A DNA stretch of 64,000 nt from Camelus dromedarius. Its lineage: Eukaryota. Shown here one piece after another: positions 1 to 11,599 of the stretch. Each line of letters starts with the position of its first letter. Within the stretch, counting starts at the first letter, position 1. The DNA is taken from positions 21,702,001 to 21,766,000 of the forward strand of contig NC_087437.1 of assembly GCF_036321535.1 (NCBI RefSeq), in the 5' to 3' direction. The notes under the pieces are model-generated. The model saw only the letters and a list, made by a program, of their open reading frames with translations, was not told where the DNA came from and searched no databases. The position numbers and the translations under genes were made by a program.

Positions 1-163
1 AGTCAAGGTTAGAGGAGTCATGAAGGAGAAAAGGAAAGAGGGCCAGAGAAACAGAAAGAAAAACCATGAGAGATGTGTTCTAGAATCCAAGGAGGTTAGA
101 ATTTTAAGGAGGGAGGTATCAACAGGATCAAATAAAATTAGTTTGTTAAAAACTCCTTTGGAT

Positions 164-1283
164 ATTTTTTAATCATGGTGAAATACACATAACATAAAAT
201 TTACCATTTTAACCATTTTTAAGTGTATAGTTCTGTAGCATTAAGTACATTCACACTATCCTATACCATCACCATCATTCCTCTCCGGAACTTTTTCATT
301 TTCCCAAATTGAAACTGTACTCATTAAACAATATCTCCCCATTTCCCCCTCCTCCCAATCTTCGGTAACCATAATTGTATCTCAATGAATTTCACTACTT
401 ATGTCATATAAGTTGAATCTTAACATTTGTCCTTTTGTGACCGACTTATTTCACTTAGCATAGTGTCTTCACAGTTCATGCATGTTGTAGCATGTGTTGG
501 AATTTCCTTCCTAAGGCTAAATAATATTCCACAGTGTGTATATAATACATTTTATTTATCCATCCATCCTTACATAGGCACTCAGGTTGCTTCCACTTTT
601 TGGCTACTGCGAATAACACCCCTATGAAATGGATTCAGTTATGTTGGGTATATACCTAGAAGTGGAAATACTGGATCATACGGTAATTCTGTTTAATTTT
701 TTGAAAAACTGCCATACTGCTTCCACAACACCTGTACCATTTTACATCTCTATCAACAATATACAAAGGCTCCAATACTTCCTTATCCTCACTAACACTT
801 GTTACTACTATTATTTTTTTAATAGCAGCCGTCCTCATGGGTCTGCAGTGTTATCTTTCAATTCGCAATTCCATAGTAATTAGAGATGGTGAACATCTTT
901 TCATGTGAGTTTTGCCCATCTGTCTTTCTTCTTCGGAGAAAGCCCACTCTCCATTTTTATATCAGCTTGTTTTTTGTTGCTGTTATTGACCTGCAGTTCT
1001 TACTATATTCTGGATATTAACTCCTTATCAGATATGATTTACAAACATTTTCTTTCTTTCCATAGGTTGCCTTTACACTCTGTTGATGCTGTCTTTTGAT
1101 GCACAAAATGTTTTAATTTTAATGAATTTTAATTTGATCTATTTTTTCATATGCTGTCATGCTTTTGGTGTCATATCCAGGAAATCACAAGAAGCTTTTC
1201 CTGTAAGAGTTCTCTTCTAAAAGTTTTATAGTTTTAGCTTTTATGTTTAGGTCTTTGATCCACTTTGAGGTAATTTTTTAATG
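164..1283 (-). mobile_element. L1 3' fragment (L1MB-like) inserted into an L2 remnant
   Basis: Antisense L1 3' UTR and ORF2 tail (aaatttaccattttaaccatttttaagtgt...). TSD tcctttggat at 154-163 and 1284-1293, with L2-like purine-rich sequence on both sides. Confidence 0.85.
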
Positions 1284-2523
1284 TCCTTTGGATTTCAAAG
1301 TTTTAATGTAGAGGTGAAGGCAGAAACCAGATTGCAAGGAGTTGAAAAGCAAATGAAATGTGAATATTGAGAAGAGCATTCTCTTTCTAAAATTTGACCA
1401 TGAAATGCAGAATTGGGGTTAGTGGTAACTAAAGGAATATATGAGGTCAAGAGGGTTTAGTTAGTTTTGTTTTGTTTCCTGTAAGATAGAGAGACTTCAA
1501 CAACTGATTCTTGAAACTTGGCTTTCCTCCCTGGCACCATGTACAAGTAAAGAGATAATCTGCAGACAGGAGGATTATTATTAATCCTAATGATAATCAT
1601 TAATACATATTCATTAATACAAGAGGAAAAAATGGGTAGAGATACTAATAATATAATGAACTCAAAAGGCAAATAAAAGAAGAAAAGATCCTCTGCTTCA
1701 AGGAAGTTGCTGGGGAGAGGGGAAGAATGCACACAAATAATTTTAAGGAAGTGTCATACACACCCAAAGCAGGAAATAACTAACTCTGTCTAGAGGATTC
1801 ATGAAAAGCTGTGTATAAATGATTAGATCAGTCTATCATTTCTACTGACAAAACAGCTGAGGATGTAGTAGGTAAGTAAGCTGGATATTTATAAAGAATA
1901 AAATTATGTATTTCATATAATGACAACTTAATACATCTGTATGCACTGTAAAATGTACATATATTTTTCCCACTTATCTTAAACAATGCTAAAAGAAAAA
2001 ATGAGATTAATTATTTTCTTGATTATTCAATCACCAAGTCCAATCCTAACTGATTACGTACAGGATCTATGGCATTTACAGCTAATAACTGTCATGACAG
2101 AAATGGTCCTGGTACATAGTAAACAGTCCAAAAATTTTTGTTGAATAAATGGCTGGGTTCTTAAGAATCTTCTTAAATCTTGTGGTTCTTTATTCCTTAA
2201 TTATAACCTTTCTGGACCTGTGGAGTATCTACTTATTCTCCACCACTAGACCATAGGCTTATAAAGGTGAATTCTCTGTAGCACCACTAAACCATAAGCT
2301 CCTCCAAGAGGGAAAATGTGTTTTATTTCTCTTTGTATCCCCTATACTTCACCTAGAACTGTGTCTTGTTTGACAGAAAACCAGTAAGTTATTGAAATTA
2401 ACATTTACAAGTAATATAACTCTACGTATACAGAATCAAAGAACAAGTAGTTTTTTTTTTTTTAAGTAGTTGTGTTTTCATGTGAAAGAGAAAAAAACTT
2501 GGCACCATTTATCTTATGTAAAA

Positions 2524-2812
2524 CAGTACTGGCCAACAGAAATATAATGCAAACAACATTTTAAATTTTAATTTTTCTAGTAGCCACATTAAGAATGTAA
2601 AAAGAAACAGGAAGTGTTCATAGCAACAATATATCCAAAATATTATTTGAACATGTAATCAATATTATTTGCATTTCTTTTTTTTTGGGGGGGGGGTCGG
2701 TACTAAGTCTTTGAAACCCAGTATCTTACATTAAGAGCACATCTCAATATTTCAACTGAGACTAGTGACATGTGAAGTGCTCAGTATCCATATTACATTA
2801 CAGGATATCACA
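2524..2812. mobile_element. hAT-Charlie MITE (MER33/MER3-like)
   Basis: Characteristic blocks tttttctagtagccacattaa, tactaagtctttgaaa, agcacatctcaat, aagtgctca. Confidence 0.7.
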
Positions 2813-3199
2813 GATTTAGATGTAACAAAAAAATTTTAAGTCTGGAATTACAAGGTAACATGAATTGTTTTAGACAAAATCAGGAGATTTTGTCAAAAAC
2901 CAAGGATAATCTGGAAAGTGTCATTTAAAAATGTGAATGAGGAGGTATGTGGGGGAGAGGAATTGGGATTGTGGGAGGTGATCAGAGTTTCCTATAAAGT
3001 TTAACTTTGTAAAAAGATTATTCATTCCTGAGTTATTTGTATAATTTTTAAAAATCAGCTTTTAAAAAAGGTGAACTGATTATCATTCATTAGATTTACT
3101 ATCAGAATAAGGAAATTCACGTGAGAGTTAAGTATTTCTTATTTTGCAACCTCTACCTTGGAACTGAGCTAAGAGGGTATACTTTTCCAAAAGTATACA

Positions 3200-4830
3200 G
3201 TAATATTTGAGTGGAAATTCAAGCATCACATGAAGTTTGGATATGTTTAACAAACACTTTGCACCTCCTCTAGGGCAAGCATCAAATGCCAGGATAAACA
3301 AGAAACCATGTATCTGCCCTTAAAGAATTTGTAGATTAAAGGACAAAAAGGTAAGCGGGAAATTTTAACAAAGGATTAATGTAGAGCCAAGATAGAGCTA
3401 AGTATTAATAGAGTTAAGACAGAACACAAGAGGGATACTCAGCCATGAGCAGGACCTATCAGTCAAGGCTTCCTGGAGGAGGTGATACAAAGCTGAGTCC
3501 CAAAGGGGATAGGCAAGTAAAATAAGGGAAGGAAGGAGGGTATCCCAAAAGGAGGAAACAATATGTGCAAAAGCTCAGGAACAAGAACAGAAACTGCTCT
3601 AGAAACTGTAAGAGGTTCTACATGGTGAAAGAAGAGGGAGGCAGTAACTGGAAACAAAACTGAAAAAAGAAGATAAGGTCAAAGCTCAAAAGGACCCACT
3701 AAAGACTTTAGATTTTGTACTGAGGGCAATGAGACACTGAAGGGTTCTAAGTGGGTGAGTGAAGGGTAAGTATGTTTTTAAAACACTAACTCAGTTACGT
3801 TATTTCCCGTTTAAAGCATCCCTATGGCTTCCCATTGCACTTAAAAATAAAATCTGACTCCTCATTCTGCCCTATTAAGTACTAAAGGACCTGGCCCCTG
3901 CCTACCCCTCCATCCTCAATTAATATCACTCCCCTCTTTGCTCCCTATGTTCCAGGCTTCTTCCTATTCTTTTATAAAGAAGGCTCATTCCCACCTAGAC
4001 ACCTCTGTGTTTCCTACCCCAGCTCAGACACTGCTCCCAGTTTCACATGACTGGCTGCTTCTCACCATCCAAACCTCCTGTCGTGGCTAGTGCTGCTACT
4101 CCCCAGCCCCCCATCTCCCTCCCATTGTCCCATTTGATATTTTAATATCAACATTCACTAACTGAAAATATCTTGTGATTACAAAGTAATCTTAAACAGG
4201 AAGATCAGCACAGTTCTCAGAGATGACATCTGAAGGGACTAGCCAGTGTTCAGATGGAAGAAACAAGTGCAAAGGAACAAAGGCAGAAATGACCTTCGTA
4301 TACACAAAAAAATTAGGCACTATTATTGGAGTAGAGTAAGCAAGGGAGGGATATAAGGCCACAAAGTCAGAGGCAGGCAGAGGCCAGATTATGGAGGACC
4401 TCACAGGCCTGGATTTTATTCTAAGCGTGCTGGAAATCGAAAGGAGGCTTTGAGCAGAGGAGTAATGTTATACCATCTACAATGTGATTTATTGTTGTAA
4501 AAATCACATTGGTTGCTGAGTGGGAAATCCACTATAAGTGGATAAAAGTGGAAAGAGAAATCAGCTGAGAGGTTACTGTTTAAGAGTCCAGACAGGAAAT
4601 TACGGTGCTAGCACTGGAGAAAGTGAAAAATGTTTTTTAAAGGTAGGGTTGACAAGACTTGCTGATGGATTATTAAGGGGTAAGGCGGAAAAAAATCAAG
4701 GATAACTCTTAGGCTTTTAGTTGGTACATTTACAATAATCTAGGGAAGGAACAGGTTTAAGGACAGTAAATCAGGAGTTTTCTTTGGATATGTTAATTTT
4801 CATTTCTGGGTGTAGATGTTGAATAAGCAA
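3200..4830. mobile_element. Cluster of L2 fragments in both orientations
   Basis: L2 motifs: ggcttcctggaggaggtga, atggcttcccattgcactta, ggaggacctcacaggcc, gacttgctgatggatt. Confidence 0.65.
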
Positions 4831-6014
4831 CATTCACGCAGAGTGGAAAAAGACATCATACACACAGAAACAGGATGACTCAGTTAAGACAAATATGGTC
4901 CCTTCATTCCTCTCATTTCTATAACTGAGGAAGACTAATGCCAATGTCTTTGATGGCTAACAAGTGGCGGTCACAATTGCACTGCAAAAAGAAAAGGAAT
5001 TAAACCTCCCATGGGCTTACTGTCAGTTTGGCTGTGTGCTAAGTTTCCAAACAGTTTAAGAAACTGGAAAGCAACTATTCCAGTTGATAGTTCAACTGCA
5101 AAAGCAGTACAAGCCCACTTATTTCCTGTTCACAGTGGGTTACGAAAACAAACAAACAAACAAAAACCCAGCCTTCTAGTCTTTAGGCCTGGTTGAGGGA
5201 AGGCTGTGTGTATGTTGAATGGGGAACAGCCATTAACAACTCTTCCCTTTCTTCTGGCAGGATATTGGTTTACATGATTCTACTCTTTGATTTAAAGAAA
5301 AAAGAAAAAAAAAAGCTCTTGCAAATGGAACATTGTTATTTTCAAGTTTTGGCAACATTCTGTGCACTTTTATACTTTGTGGATGTCGTGGCAGATCCTT
5401 GAGACTTGTGACTAGTCTGATTGGGGACTGGATGATCAGTATGAAAGGGGTCCCTTCTCCAGAATGGCCTATGGTTTCACTTCGAAGAAAGTTTTTCCAG
5501 CAATTGGTCTTCCTTGCATAAAATCAGAAACTGATTTTCTTCTGAGAGCAGAATGTTATGTTTGAATCTTATGTTTGACTTATACTTGAGTCGAAACATA
5601 AAGCTAAAAACCAATTCCTCCACGAGCGATAACAAAGAATAGAAAAGGGAAAGTCTGTGGGTTAAGTACTCTATCTGAGGAAAGAGGCTTTCAAGAAGAA
5701 AATGAGTGAAGGAAAGTGACCAGAAAGTGATCAGAAGGGACCCTTCCCTCCCGCCACAGACGCAATTCCCTGAGGCGGGGCCAGGGGGCGAGCTCCCAGG
5801 CACCGCTGAGGTAAAGGGGGTGGTGAGCAGACGACCCCTCCCCTTGGAGCGCCTTTCTGCAGCGGCGACGCCTTTCACCCGCCTCTCTGAGGAAGGAACG
5901 CTCAAGTCAGCGGCGGACACCTCCACAAGGGCCGCGGCCGGGGTTGAGGGGATCGCAGCCGGAACGCGCGCAGCCGGGGAGAGAGAGCACGTGAGATGCC
6001 GGGCCTGGCCCTAC

Positions 6015-6073
6015 CTGCCCAGCTCCCGCAGGGCGGGGATCATAGACGCCAACTCCAGGCCATGCTCGCCCAT
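6015..6073 (-). CDS. ATR: ATR serine/threonine kinase, coding part of exon 1 (59 nt, phase-2 junction)
   Basis: Minus strand reads ctcagcATGGGCGAGCATGGCCTGGAGTTGGCGTCTATGATCCCCGCCCTGCGGGAGCTGGGCAG|GTAGGG. It translates to MGEHGLELASMIPALRELG(S), the mammalian ATR N-terminus, with a strong Kozak context and a GT donor at 6014-6013. The ORF track misses it because it is spliced. Confidence 0.97.
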
Positions 6074-6197
6074 GCTGAGGACGCGCGGCACTGGCCAACG
6101 ACGCCGAGGCGGGCTCCCGGCGTCTCCACAGCTACCTCTGGTGAGAAGGCGCGGCGCCCGACGGGGGCTCGCGAGGCCCAAAACTCCTCCCGGAAGC
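6074..6197 (-). other. ATR: ATR 5' UTR portion of exon 1 (TSS approximate)
   Basis: GC-rich, ATG-free leader (ttccgggaggagttttgggcctc...cgtcgggcgccgcg...gaggtagctgtggagacgccggg...ctcagc) resembling the human ATR 5' UTR as recalled. Confidence 0.8.
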
Positions 6198-7039
6198 CGC
6201 TGCCGGCCCGCTCTCCAGGCGCTGGTTCCTTCCCGCCTAGGACCCGGGGAAGGCCGGGAGGCCGGAGGGGGCGGGGAAAGGGGCGGGGCGCGCTCCTGTC
6301 GAGTTTCCCACGTAGGGTTCGGTTTGATCGGGGACTTCCTGGCGGGCGAGATTCGCGAGAGTTTTGTGTTTTATCTGCCCTGCTCGGTCACTCCCAGCTT
6401 GGGAGGCTCAGCGAAGCCAGACCCCTGGATCTGGGGAGGAAAGGGGCATGGTGGGCACCAGCCCAGAATCCCTGGCTTCACCAATGTGAAAACTGAGACA
6501 ATCCATCAACTAAAGGCCCAGACTAGATCCCAGGTCTCTCCACGGCGTCACTCCAGGTTCCTCATTTTCCTACCACTCTCTTGACAGCCTTTCTGACAGA
6601 TACGGGGCAAAAGGTGGGCTCCTCCTTGCCCTTTCTGTTTTAGTAGTTTGGGGGGATTTTTTTTTTTTTTTTGAAACAACTTGTAGTCTCCCTTTGAGGA
6701 TGCTTCCAACCTTTAATATTTAAAAAGAGGATTGAATTGTGTTTGTGTCTTATCAAATCAGCAGCAGTATTGTGTACATTTATGTCACCGTCATGAGCAC
6801 CTATTAATTATGATTTAATTTTTAAAGTAAATCAGTGGATTTGGGGCTGTAGACATTTTCTAGCTCAACCCAGTTTGTTTATATGAAAAATGGTCATCCT
6901 AAAAGGCTGTTAATATGTCAAAATTATGTATTTAATTAGGCAAGGCCACGCAAGTGCTTACATCCGTTCCTTAGTACATGAAAATAATCGTTATACAGTA
7001 TCTTAAAAAAAAACAGTGATGGAATGACAGCCAAATCGC

Positions 7040-7560
7040 TCCTGCCTCATGGATTTTGCACTTGCTGTGCCCTTAACCTTGACCTTAAACACTCCTCTTA
7101 AATCACCCCTCTTCAAATGTTTGTGGAAATGTCACCAGAGAGCCTCACATAGACTAGCACACTCTTTTCCCCTCCATCCTGCTTTATTTTTCTTCATAGC
7201 ACATGGAACCAAATTACATATTACATGTTATTTTGTTGACTGTCTCCTCCAATTAGAATATAAGATCCTTGAGAGCAGGATTTGTCTATTTTATTCACTG
7301 CTTAGATATCCAGGACCTAAAACAGTGCTTGGCACATAGTTGGTGTGTGGTAAATATTTGTTAAATAGTGGAATGCTATAGTGGGAAGAACACGGGATTA
7401 CGAGTTGAGGCCCTGTTTAAGTTCACATGCCATCTGCTAGAAACTAGATGACCTCAGTAAAGTTAACCTCTCTGTACTTCAGTTTTTCATCTATAAAATG
7501 AGATTAATAGTATATACCTCATAAAATTATGGTAAAGATTAAATAAGAGGTGGTTGTACC
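7040..7560 (+). mobile_element. L2a 3' end followed by MIR
   Basis: gagagcagga...aacagtgcttggcacatag...taaatatttgtt (L2), then aacctctctgtacttcagttttcatctataaaatg (MIR core). Confidence 0.75.
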
Positions 7561-7584
7561 CTGCAGTGTAATACCATTTGTTAG

Positions 7585-8270
7585 TTAAAATAAATGATGT
7601 ATGAATTCTGAAAACGATGTTGAGTGGGAAAAAAAGCAAATTGCAGAAGAATACATAACAGTGTTAAATCACTTACATGCCATTTTAAAACCACAAAATA
7701 AGATTTTGTGTGAGTGAGCTATGTGTACATACATATACAATGAAAGTATGAAAACATGGTTGAGAAGGACTTACATAACTCCAGGAGAATTGTATCTCTG
7801 GAGAGGGAGAGAAGGAATGAAATGGTAAGGTTTCAACATATCTGTGAAGGTTTTCTTCTAATAGGATCAGAATTAATTATAATGAATTTAACATCTGTTA
7901 TACTTGGGTGACTAGCATGCTGGTCTCTCCCAAATTCTTTGCTCTGCTCGGATCTCTGAGCTTTATATTTCATATATCTGTCTTTCTATTGAATGTTTTC
8001 CCTTGAATTTTTCCCAGGTATTTTATTTTGGTTTAACTTTTTATTATGGAAACTTTCAAATATATACAAGAGTAGAGAGACTAGAATAAGGAACCCCCCT
8101 TATGCCCCTCACCCAGCTTCAACAATTAGCATATGGCCAGTCTTCCTTTCATCTATAACCTCCCCTCCCATTTCCCCTCTACCTAATCAGATTATTTCGA
8201 AGAAAATCACAGGCATCAGATCAATTAATCTGTAAGCACTTTATTTCATATCTCTTAAACATTAGGACTA
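7585..8270. mobile_element. Old L1 (L1ME/MC-like) 3' fragments
   Basis: atgaattctgaaaacgatgttgagtgg...(+) and ttttattatggaaactttcaaatatatacaa...(-). Confidence 0.55.
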
Positions 8271-8425
8271 AATTCTACCTCCTAAATATCAAACCCATCC
8301 ACTTCCCTCCAAATCCCATTACCCCTGTTCTAATTTCAGACTATCACTGTATTCTACCCAAATTATATCAGTGACATTCTAGCTTGCCTTTCTTTGGGCT
8401 TGCTTTTCTTCCAGTCTGTTCTCTA

Positions 8426-9040
8426 CAGTGGAGTATTCCAACTTTATTTGCTCTTCAACAGTATTGTTGACATTTTACAAATATGCATCATAATATGTAC
8501 AAATTTATTTATTAACCACAATATTTAGTACTGTATTCTAATATACCTAAAACTTACTATAATGTAAATTTGGACATAATACAGCTGTTGATTGCTTCCT
8601 CTCACTCTCCTTTTATCATTTGGGGGAGTGGAATGTGTGGGAAGAGTGATGTTGGAAGCAGAGAGTCTGATGAGGGTGGGTTCCTATGGCCTTGGCACTT
8701 TGGTTTCCTAAATGTCTCAGATGAGCCCACAACAGGACACCAACCAATGTCCTTGAAGTTCCAGCCAGCCTGTGTGTAGAATTGTCCCATGACCACCAGG
8801 TGGCACCATAACCGAAATGAGACGAAGATGGACTTGGTTTAGTCAGATGCCGGAATTCCTGGCTGCCTAGCTCTGCAAGTTCAATAATAATGCATTGAAT
8901 TTTTTTTAAAACTCCATTTTGTCAGGATTTTATTGTATACACTAAAATAGAAATCTTAAAGAAATGAAAAAAATATAAACAATTTTACAAGTTCCTTTCT
9001 ACACCTGAGTGGTCTTCAATATACACCTCCTTGGTACATA
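8426..9040. mobile_element. Possible ancient hAT-Charlie-like DNA transposon remnant
   Basis: Begins cagtggagtattccaactt, with an AT-rich body and a Charlie-like distal end. Family not identified. Confidence 0.3.
8791..8809 (+). promoter_or_regulatory. Candidate CTCF-binding site
   Basis: CCACCAGGTGGCAC (8793-8806) matches the CTCF core CCASYAGRKGGCRS at every position. Confidence 0.6.
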
Positions 9041-9865
9041 CACATACATACAATAATTTGTATTTTAAATAATTTTAATAACTTTCATTTTAAAATAATT
9101 TCAAAGTTTTAAAATTATTTAATAATTTTCATGTTTAATAATTAAAAACACTTTGCTCCTAGATGATGCCGATGTTGTGTGGAGTTGTTTCACACAGCAG
9201 ATGGAGCACTTTTACAAGACTCAAATATGATCATGCCATTCCCCTGCTTTAATAGCTTGACTACATATTGAATATCGTTACAGATTAATGTGTACAAAGG
9301 GGCACATGTCTGTTGGTTTTCACTGGATAGCCTCAAATAACAGACCAACAAAACCACAAGTCAACATTCTGAAACATAATAAAGCAGAACAAATAATCCT
9401 GTATAGCCAAACTGCACTAATGAGTTGATTTAATTCTGTTCAACCCATTTAGCAGAAACACTGAAAAAGCCCATTACAGAAAAAAAAAAAAACACCTAGT
9501 TTTTTATAGAGGAACTTAAAATATTTAAGGAACTTAAAAGTAAATCTGTCTTCCTATCCGTGAGGCAGGTTCACATTTACCAAGGCTGTATTATAGGACT
9601 AGGACTCCATTGTATTTGGAGACAATTCAGAAATGACATGGATTGCTTTTCCCATATTTCCAGGAGATTTCTATCTCAGTAATGAATTATTGGCCTTTAC
9701 ATTACTAAGGCCCCAAGTATGACCCTAAGATTATATCAGACTTGTTCAAATGGTATTTGCATTTGCAACCACTATTTTTACTTTCCTCAAATTCCTTTCA
9801 TCTGGCTCTTTATCCTCCCGGTAGCTCTGTAATGTAAATAAAGCTCAAAGAGAGAGGTTTCTGAG

Positions 9866-10047
9866 TTCTCAAATCTGAGCATGCATCAGAATCACCTGAA
9901 GGGCTTATTAAACTAGATTCCTGAGCCCCAGCCCCAGAGATTATGATTCACTGGGTCTGAAAGGGAACTTAATAGTTTGCATTTTAGTAAGCTCCTAGGT
10001 AATGCTGATGATGCTTGTCCATGGGCCACACCTGGAGTTAGCACTAT
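9866..10047. mobile_element. MER5A (hAT-Charlie)
   Basis: gcatcagaatcacctgaagggctt...cccagagattatgattca...tttgcatttt...ggtaatgctgatg. Confidence 0.8.
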
Positions 10048-10049
10048 TT

Positions 10050-11118
10050 TAGACTAGCAGAAAAGATCTTCTACAACTAAAGAAATAAAGAAGGAACCAC
10101 AACGAGACAGGTAGGAGGGGCAGAAACACGGTAGTCAAGACCCAGGTGGGCAGTCCACAAATGGAGGATAATCATAACTGCAGAAGCTGTCCCCAAGGAG
10201 TGAGGAATCTGAGCCCCACATCGGGCTCCCCAGCCTGGGGGTCCTGTATTGGGAAGCAAGCCCCCAGAAAGTTTGGCTTTGAAGGCCACTGGGGCTTACT
10301 TGCAGGAAAGCCAGAGGGCTGGGGGAAACTACTCTCAAAGGGTGCCCACAAAATCTCACACACTCCAGGACCCAGGGCAGAAGAAATAATTTGAAAAGAG
10401 TCTGGGTCAGACCCATCTGCTGATCGGTTATACTTCAAAAATAAGCAAACACAGAAAAAGAGATCAGATTTGTGGTTACCAGAGGAGGAGCGGGGAGGAA
10501 GGAGGAATTGAATGAAGGTGGTCAAAAGGTACAAAGTTTCAGTAATAAGATAAATAAGTACTAGGGCTGTAATGGACAACATGATAAACATAAATAACTT
10601 CTCTTATTTTTTTGGTGAATCCATCTAACTCATAATTATTCTTTTTTCATTTTTAAGCTTTATTGAGTAGAATTGTTACAATTTGACTGCATATATACAA
10701 TATATTGTGTGTAAATAATATAGACAATATACTGCACATATTTTTTAAAATTTACATATATGTACTGTTCATTGTTCCTAAGAACAGTTTAGGGCTTTAG
10801 CTTTTTAAACTTACATAGTTATCAAAGAAATAAAGCCAACCACAAAATAAGGATCAACAGAATCCAGTGTTCTATGTTATATATGAAAGTTGTTAAGAGA
10901 GCAAATCCTAAGAGTTCTCATCACAAGAAAAGTTTTTTCCTAATTCTTTAATAGGGATTTTATATCTATATGAGATGATGGATGTTCACTAAACATCTTA
11001 TAATAAACATTTCATGATATATGTAAGTTAAATCATTATGCTGTATATCAAGCTTATATGGTGCTGAATGTCAATTATATCTCAATAAAACTGGAAGAAA
11101 AAAATAAAAAATAAAAAG
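10050..11118 (+). mobile_element. Internally deleted L1 (5'-region piece joined to an L1MA9-like 3' UTR with poly-A), interrupted by an insert at 10599-10865
   Basis: 10050-10425 resembles a laurasiatherian L1 5' region. 10430-10598 and 10866-11118 follow the L1MA9-like 3' UTR, ending tatctcAATAAAactggaag and an A-rich tail. Confidence 0.7.
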
Positions 11119-11599
11119 AATCTGAGCATTTCCAGAGATTCTGGTTGATTGGTTTTGGAGTAAGGCATATATTTATAGGCATTTGTCTACTTACCAGCAA
11201 GTTTAAGCATCTACTTGTATGTCTATTAATCATTTGGATTTCTTTTATTGTAAATTGACTACTCAGGACTTTATCAGTTTTATTTTGGTTGTATCTTTTT
11301 ATTTATTTATAGGAGTATTTTAATATATTATGGATATTAATCTTTTTCTGAGAATATTTTCTCTTTGTCAGTTGGTTCTTATCATACAGAAATTTTAATT
11401 TTTATTGTATCAAATCTGTCCATATCTTCCCTTATGGCTTCTGGGTTTTGGGTCTTGCTTAGGAAGGTTAATCCCAAAGTTAAATGTGTTTTTTTGTACT
11501 TTTTACTAAGATTTTTGTACTTCAGTTTCCTAATATTCATTTTCTCATTTATTTTACTGATCATTTTTTAGTAAGACAACGTATTTCCCAGATGGACCA

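Larger units (their letters stand above)
1..6014 (-). other. ATR: ATR intron 1 (continues beyond the left edge)
   Basis: Follows the exon 1 donor. No sequence encoding ATR exon 2 (ATPEEYNTVVQK...) was found, and the region is filled with L1/L2/MER fossils. Confidence 0.9.
5740..6450. promoter_or_regulatory. ATR: CpG-island promoter of ATR
   Basis: High GC and CpG density. Motifs: ETS CCGGAAG (6190-6196) and ACTTCCT (~6335), GC boxes GGGGCGGGG (6268-6276, 6280-6288), E2F-like TTCCCGCC (6230-6237), TCGCGAG (~6169, ~6353). No TATA box seen. Confidence 0.9.

Noticed and set aside
5706..6584. 292-aa plus-strand ORF, and overlapping 149/166-aa ORFs, across the ATR promoter
   Set aside because: GTG start and Arg/Gly/Pro/Ala-rich low-information translation typical of stop-poor CpG islands. 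The real CDS here is the spliced minus-strand ATR exon.
10077..10591. Cluster of overlapping 70-139-aa ORFs
   Set aside because: All lie within L1-derived sequence.
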